A stretch of 64,000 bases of DNA from Patescibacteria group bacterium (GTDB taxonomy: Bacteria > Patescibacteriota > JACPGU01): NCBI GenBank assembly GCA_041675145.1, contig JBAYUK010000001.1, positions 11,822 to 75,821 on the forward strand, given 5' to 3'. A program made the position numbers and the translations under genes. Positions 58,919 to 64,000 of this stretch are shown piece by piece. The notes below the pieces were generated by a model. It was not told the DNA's origin. It made no database searches and saw only the letters and a list, made by a program, of their open reading frames with translations. Every line of letters begins with the position of its first letter. The stretch's first letter is position 1.

Positions 58919-60742
58919 CTATACAAGTTTTCCCGAGTTTTTTACACTACTCGAAAGAATTACAAGTTTAGCAAGTTTGAGTTCGTCATAGGTATACTTA
59001 CCATCTAGTTCCTCGTAGACTGGTCCGAGTTTATCCGTTTCAAGATCTGCGAAGGCGTGCTTTATCTCATGCAATCCAGATAGTACCTTAGGAGTTAAGA
59101 CTTGAGCGGGACTACCTATACTGATCTTTTGGTTTTTAAGTAGCTTTTCGATATGGGAAAGAATAGTATCTTGTTTGAGCTCTCTGATCTTTGCTATTTC
59201 AGTAATATTTTTTCCTTGGTTCCACAGTACAAGAGTCTCCCCTGTCGTATCTTTCTTACTTTTTGCTTGGAGAGGAACGAGATCATCTATGGCAATCTTT
59301 GCGATACTTCCGCCAGCACGAGCGATAAAGTCATGGGAGAGTCCTTCTAATTCTTCACTGCTCATCTGCGCCATGGTAGCAATAGTGGTATCTGAGCCGT
59401 GTCTAAACTCGGTGTCCTTTTCGAGAATCTCTGGGTGAACTTGCAAGGCTCTTTGGTTGTATCCCAGTAAACGAAGACCTGTAAGGGTGCGCACGCGAGA
59501 AAGTGCCACATAGCCCTGGCCATAGGCAAAGCTGTCTGCTAAATCCATAATTGCTGCGTCCAAACTCATACCTTGGCTTTTATGTACCGTAATTGCCCAG
59601 GCCAGTCGCAAAGGGATTTGTGAGATGGCAGCTTTGACCAGGCCACCGTCTTCAACAGCCCAGGTAGCAGGCTTGATTTCAATCCGTTTTCCACTTTTTG
59701 TAAGAATGATAGGGTTCCCGCTTGTTTTGTCAAAAATACTAATAGTAGCCAGTGTCCCGTTTACATAGCCGTCCTTTTGGTTATTCTTGGTGCACATAAC
59801 GGTGGCACCAATTTTTAACTCAAGTTTTTCAGGAGATAGACACCCTTTTTTGAGTGAGACTATGAGGTTCTCTTGTCCTACTGCGGTCATAGAAAAAACC
59901 CGAGACTGTTCTGGTAGACGATCTAACTCAGTAAGGTTGATACGATCCACATCAGCGTTATGTGAGTAGAGTTTGGTAATGTTCTTGCCACTCGTAGCGT
60001 TATCTAGAATCCGCTGGGTTAAGATATCGTGGTGAGTAGACGTCACCTGATTACTGCGAATAGCAGACAGAAGATCAAGAAAGACTGGGTCTTCTTGTCT
60101 ATGCTGCTCAGATAGATAACAGGTCATAGCAGATGACTTCTTCCATGAGCTTGCGTCATAGGCAAAAATTGGTTGCGCCATGTCGTCAAAAAAAGAGTCT
60201 TGAGGATTATGGTTTACTGCTTGCCGCACAATTGGAGGTAGCTGGAAAAAGTCTCCCACAAAGATTACCTGTAGTCCGCCGAATGGCTGGTCATTCATGC
60301 GTGCTTCACGACACACACGCTCAACTAAGTCGAGTGTAGTAGCGGGAAGCATTGAGATCTCGTCAATTACTAAGATATGTGCTCGTCTGATGCGTTTTCC
60401 AACTTGGTCTGAGCCGGTAATTTTGGCCAGTTCTCCACGAGAGAGATATGATTTAATACCAATTCCGCTCCACGAGTGAATAGTCATACCGTGGATATGG
60501 GTAGCAGCAATGCCGGTTGAAGCAGTTATAGCTACTTCAAGTCCATGCTCGCGAGCCCAGTGAATATATTGGTTGATAGTGTAGGTCTTACCCGACCCTG
60601 GTTCACCAGTCAAAAAGACATTCACGCCAGTTTTAAGAATTGTAAGTGCTTGCTCTTGTGTCATTGAAGTATTGTGCCTGATAGTGCCCATAGGGGCAAT
60701 GCTGGATATGTGAAGTAGGTTAATAGGGCTATTATCTAGCAT
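58919..60742 (-). CDS. Pif1/RecD-family 5'-3' DNA helicase with a C-terminal extension
   Basis: Walker A 'LTGEPGSGKT', 'VIDEISM', 'HKSQGMSLD', and a ~170-aa C-terminal tail. Confidence 0.8.
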   Translation of the reverse strand: MLDNSPINLLHISSIAPMGTIRHNTSMTQEQALTILKTGVNVFLTGEPGSGKTYTINQYIHWAREHGLEVAITASTGIAATHIHGMTIHSWSGIGIKSYLSRGELAKITGSDQVGKRIRRAHILVIDEISMLPATTLDLVERVCREARMNDQPFGGLQVIFVGDFFQLPPIVRQAVNHNPQDSFFDDMAQPIFAYDASSWKKSSAMTCYLSEQHRQEDPVFLDLLSAIRSNQVTSTHHDILTQRILDNATSGKNITKLYSHNADVDRINLTELDRLPEQSRVFSMTAVGQENLIVSLKKGCLSPEKLELKIGATVMCTKNNQKDGYVNGTLATISIFDKTSGNPIILTKSGKRIEIKPATWAVEDGGLVKAAISQIPLRLAWAITVHKSQGMSLDAAIMDLADSFAYGQGYVALSRVRTLTGLRLLGYNQRALQVHPEILEKDTEFRHGSDTTIATMAQMSSEELEGLSHDFIARAGGSIAKIAIDDLVPLQAKSKKDTTGETLVLWNQGKNITEIAKIRELKQDTILSHIEKLLKNQKISIGSPAQVLTPKVLSGLHEIKHAFADLETDKLGPVYEELDGKYTYDELKLAKLVILSSSVKNSGKLV

Positions 60743-60787
60743 TTTTGCAGATAGTCTGGTATACTAATATGACCACAAAAGAAGGAG

Positions 60788-61252
60788 TTGTACGTGAATA
60801 ATAAGAATGGTCGGTATGTGATAGTCGGGGAAGCTAAGCTTCACACAAAGAACTTTGCCTGTGATATGAGAGGTGCCTCACCCTCACATTTGGTTGTAGT
60901 CCACACTACTAACCCAGAGATGGTTTTTACAGCAACACTTCCAGAGGAAATGAAACCAATTGAAAGTGTATTACTTGACTCTGTGCGTTTTGTTAAGAAA
61001 TGGTGGAAAGATACCTATGAGGTGACGCTTACGGATATTCAGCGCCAGCACCTATCGAATACCGCATTGCCTGGTCTGTCGTTTGCTTCGCGCGTGTCGT
61101 TGGTATTTTCTATAAGGCGTGCCAAGAGACGACGCATGGTCCATAACGAACGACCGACTTGGAGTGTGACTTTACGAATCTATCACAAAAGGGTGCGACC
61201 TGAAGAAGTGGACGAGCTAAAATGTGCATTCAAGCATATTATGCACGACTAG
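60788..61252 (+). CDS. Hypothetical protein (154 aa)
   Basis: ORF with AAGGAG RBS. Confidence 0.45.
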   Translation: MYVNNKNGRYVIVGEAKLHTKNFACDMRGASPSHLVVVHTTNPEMVFTATLPEEMKPIESVLLDSVRFVKKWWKDTYEVTLTDIQRQHLSNTALPGLSFASRVSLVFSIRRAKRRRMVHNERPTWSVTLRIYHKRVRPEEVDELKCAFKHIMHD

Positions 61253-61371
61253 CCACAGTTGCGAAATCCAAAATCCACTGATGCAGTGTTTACACTTTCA
61301 AACGAAGCGCAACAAGCGCTCAAAAACAAAGACTATTCCGCGTTTCTGATTAAGACACGCTAACCCTGCTT

Positions 61372-61408
61372 TGGCAGTTGAACGAACCCGCGTCAGGTGA
61401 CGCGGGTT
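61372..61408. terminator. Bidirectional terminator
   Basis: aacccgcgtcaggtgacgcgggtt followed by ttatttttttg. Confidence 0.6.
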
Positions 61409-62116
61409 TTATTTTTTTGCCATGTAGTGTGCTTTTTGATGTGGAGAAAGGCGCTCAATAGCATAGCGTAAGGTAGTACGCGGCATGGTTTTGTAGTGGG
61501 TATCTAGAAAATGCGTTAGCACTTTTTCATCTATACGCTTCCCTACTTCGCGCAACATCCAGCCAACTGCCTTCTGGATTAGGTCATGGGTATCTTGTAA
61601 GAGAATAGTAGCAACAGTAATAGTTGGAGTACTATTTCCTGCATAGATAAAGGCAAGTGTACTGATTATCGCAATCCGCTTCTCCCAGAGGTTATTCGAG
61701 TGAGCAAGGGTGGTTAGTATCTTCCAGTTATTTTGTGAGACTAAAAAGTCCCCTACTATATTACTACAGGTAACATCCACTAAGTCCCAGTTATTGATCC
61801 AATGAGTTTGTGTTAAGTAAAAGCTACAGATATCTTTTTTATCTTTTGCGTCTGCGTTCTTGTACTGGATAACGAGAATAATGAGTGCAGTTAGGCGTTC
61901 TTCATGTATTTCAGAGTGCAGTAACTTGGTTAGTTCGACTCTCGGCAACTCGTGATACGCACGAGCTATCTTTCTCTGTTCGGGCACCGTGATGCCTAAA
62001 AAGATATCTCCTTCTCCGTATTGCCCTGTACCGGTCTTAAAAAAGCCCGCAAGCAACTGTGCTTTGGCGGGGTTAGCGTGTTTTCTAAGTTCTGTCTGTA
62101 TATGTGAGTGAGTCAT
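61409..62116 (-). CDS. DNA alkylation repair protein (AlkD/AlkC HEAT-like repeat family)
   Basis: 'ELRKHANPAKAQLLAGFFKTGTGQYGEGDIFLGI', a typical AlkD N-terminus. Confidence 0.7.
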   Translation of the reverse strand: MTHSHIQTELRKHANPAKAQLLAGFFKTGTGQYGEGDIFLGITVPEQRKIARAYHELPRVELTKLLHSEIHEERLTALIILVIQYKNADAKDKKDICSFYLTQTHWINNWDLVDVTCSNIVGDFLVSQNNWKILTTLAHSNNLWEKRIAIISTLAFIYAGNSTPTITVATILLQDTHDLIQKAVGWMLREVGKRIDEKVLTHFLDTHYKTMPRTTLRYAIERLSPHQKAHYMAKK

Positions 62117-62118
62117 AT

Positions 62119-62991
62119 TTAGATAACAATTTCGCGCAAGCGTCTCACCCGTTCTGCAATCGGTGGATGAGTAGAAAACAAGTTACTGGCAAAACCAGCC
62201 TTAAATGGATTTGCAATAAACAAGTGGGCAGTAGCCGCACTCGCGTTGGTCAGCGGTGCTTTTGATCCACTAATCTTTTCCAAAGCTCTAGCAAGGCCTT
62301 CTGGGTGTCTGGTCATCATTGCGCCTGATGCGTCAGCTAAATACTCGCGTCGACGAGAGATAGCAAGTTGAATGAGTTGGGCTACTATCGGCGAAAGGAT
62401 AATTAAAATGAGGCCGATAATCATAATCCACTCCCCTCCCTCTTTCCTCTTACTCCCGGATAATAGTCTGCCGTGCATAAACATGTTGGCGATTAGCGAG
62501 ATAGTACCCACCAATACCACAACAATAGTCATAACGAGAATATCGTAGTTCTTTACATGCGAGAGTTCGTGAGCTATTACTCCCTCAAGCTCTTCGTTTT
62601 CGAGCGCTTCAATAATACCCGTTGTTAGTGCAATAGAGGCGTGCTTTGGGTCTCTACCAGTTGCAAAAGCGTTTAAGGCCTGGGACGGAATAATATATAC
62701 CCGAGGCATCGGGATACCAGTGGTAATAGTAAGGTTTTCTACCAAACGCCAGATTTTTGGATTATCTTCTTTCTTTATTTCACGGGCACCGGTTGAAGCA
62801 AGTGCGATCTTGTCCCCCGTGTAGTAACTAATAAGTGCTGAGACTACAGAGAAACCAATCGCAAAGATGAAATACTCCATACCGTAACCAAGGTAAAACC
62901 CAAGAAACCATCCGATGCCCAGTATAAGGGCAAAAAAGATGGTCATGAGCAGGACGGTTCGTTGTTTATTCGCCGTGATCTGAGAGTACAT
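62119..62991 (-). CDS. htpX: Zinc metalloprotease HtpX (M48)
   Basis: 'HELSHVKNYD' HEXXH motif plus 4 TM. Confidence 0.85.
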   Translation of the reverse strand: MYSQITANKQRTVLLMTIFFALILGIGWFLGFYLGYGMEYFIFAIGFSVVSALISYYTGDKIALASTGAREIKKEDNPKIWRLVENLTITTGIPMPRVYIIPSQALNAFATGRDPKHASIALTTGIIEALENEELEGVIAHELSHVKNYDILVMTIVVVLVGTISLIANMFMHGRLLSGSKRKEGGEWIMIIGLILIILSPIVAQLIQLAISRRREYLADASGAMMTRHPEGLARALEKISGSKAPLTNASAATAHLFIANPFKAGFASNLFSTHPPIAERVRRLREIVI

Positions 62992-62994
62992 GGA

Positions 62995-63564
62995 CTATGC
63001 AGAGAGGTCTACTTTTACATTTTGTCGTTCAACTTCATTCTCTACTTCAAAGAACTTGAAAGCAGTGAATTTGAGCATGCCAGCAATAAGGTTTGCTGGG
63101 AAACGCTCGATCTTCGTGTTGAAGTCACGCACATTGCCGTTATAGAAGCGGCGAGATGATTGGATCTTGTTTTCTGTGTCAGAAAGTTCGTCCATAAGTT
63201 GAGCAACATTCTGGTTTGCCTTAAGATCTGGGTACGCTTCAAATGCAACCTGAAGTTTTCCAATTGCACCAGAAAGAAGTCCTTCGAGTTTACCGCGACC
63301 TTCAGTGTCTCCTGAGTCTTTTGCTGACATTGCCTGAGAACGGTACTGAGTAATGGTCTCAAGTAATGACTTCTCGTGAGACATGTACCCCTTTACTGAC
63401 TCAATCAGGTTCGGGATTAGGTCATAGCGGCGCTTGAGCTGGACATCGATATCGCTCCACGCTTCTTTCACGCGATTCTTAAGGGTTACGAGGCTGTTAA
63501 ATAAGCCAATAATCCAGAGTACGAACAGGGCTGCTATAGCGAGCACGATCATAAGAGTTGTCAT
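62995..63564 (-). CDS. lemA: LemA-family protein
   Basis: N-terminal TM followed by 'NSLVTLKNRVKEAWSDIDVQLKRRYDLIPNLIE'. Confidence 0.85.
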   Translation of the reverse strand: MTTLMIVLAIAALFVLWIIGLFNSLVTLKNRVKEAWSDIDVQLKRRYDLIPNLIESVKGYMSHEKSLLETITQYRSQAMSAKDSGDTEGRGKLEGLLSGAIGKLQVAFEAYPDLKANQNVAQLMDELSDTENKIQSSRRFYNGNVRDFNTKIERFPANLIAGMLKFTAFKFFEVENEVERQNVKVDLSA

Positions 63565-63634
63565 GGGATGAAATAGTTACGATATATTACCTTGATTGTA
63601 CAAGGAAGTTTCATTTCTGTCAAAGAAGGTACGC

Positions 63635-64000
63635 TTACTTTACGGTAACGGTGGTGCTTTTCTTCTTTTCTATAGTAATGTCTGCGCCTTTGAGGTCGAT
63701 TTTAATTACATCACCTTCCGTGATGGTGTCAGCAATAAGCCGTTCAGCTAAGCGATTTTCAATTTCTTGTTCGATGAGGCGCCTCACGGGTCGTGCGCCA
63801 TATTCTGGATCAAATCCACGTTCGGCAAGTGACGCTCTCAGCTTTGCCGATACTTCAACGGTAATATTTTTTTCCTTTTTAACGCGGGTGATAAGCTTCG
63901 TAAGCTCTAGTCCTACGATTTCGTTAATGTCAGACTTGGTGAGGGGTTTAAAGACAATGGTGCTGTCGATGCGGTTTAGAAACTCAGGCTTAAAGTGTTT
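63635..64000 (-). CDS. Clp/Hsp100-family AAA+ ATPase, C-terminal fragment with the 5' part outside the window
   Basis: The reverse-strand translation ends '...GFDPEYGARPVRRLIEQEIENRLAERLIADTITEGDVIKIDLKGADITIEKKKSTTVTVK*', which is a ClpB/ClpC D2-small domain. Confidence 0.7.
   Translation of the reverse strand, partial: KHFKPEFLNRIDSTIVFKPLTKSDINEIVGLELTKLITRVKKEKNITVEVSAKLRASLAERGFDPEYGARPVRRLIEQEIENRLAERLIADTITEGDVIKIDLKGADITIEKKKSTTVTVK

Overview
The window is dense, mostly protein-coding bacterial chromosome with about 42-45% GC and standard code 11; long ORFs read through TGA. The content suggests a small, host-dependent genome, possibly a Patescibacteria/CPR-type lineage, though this is only an inference. 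Reasons: many secreted nucleases and phosphoesterases, salvage-type dTMP genes, a DUF1290 protein, numerous small membrane or secreted hypotheticals, and divergent fusions. No 16S or tRNA gene was found by eye to confirm this.

Housekeeping content includes secD-secF, tgt, murA, a DEAD-box helicase and a class-III aminotransferase. There is an rplU-secE-nusG-rplK-rplA block and, separately, rplJ-rplL. Also present are ileS, an NMP kinase, ftsA-ftsZ, a CCA-adding enzyme, hisS, a cyclophilin PPIase, a 2H phosphoesterase, a Pif1-like helicase, an AlkD-like protein, htpX, lemA and the 3' end of a Clp-family ATPase.

The main candidate for an undescribed system is at about 3.7-18.4 kb. Two paralogous membrane-anchored TrwB/TraD-like P-loop ATPases (944 and 834 aa) converge on an island of uncharacterised genes. 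The island holds three tandem paralogs, each with a single N-terminal TM, and a VirB2/TrbC-like pilin candidate with a Pro/Thr-rich tail. A sigma-70 region-4-only HTH protein with a perfect consensus promoter sits just upstream.

Other notable features:
- An ~8.4 kb nucleotide-scavenging and dTMP island inserted between rplKA and rplJL. It carries a DHFR-like gene, thyA, a folA-HIT fusion, a dCMP deaminase with an N-terminal nucleotidyltransferase-like extension, a cytidylyltransferase, a secreted PHP phosphoesterase and a secreted SNase nuclease.
- An orphan frameshifted mazF toxin gene.
- A 111-bp tandem duplication of the murA 3' end and terminator.
- A GC-rich island (~55% GC) with two lipoprotein genes and a highly structured 255-nt intergenic segment.
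- A 39-bp, 13-aa tandem-repeat protein gene next to ftsZ.
- Recurring terminator and operator-like motifs.

Coordinates counted by hand may be off by 1-2 nt.
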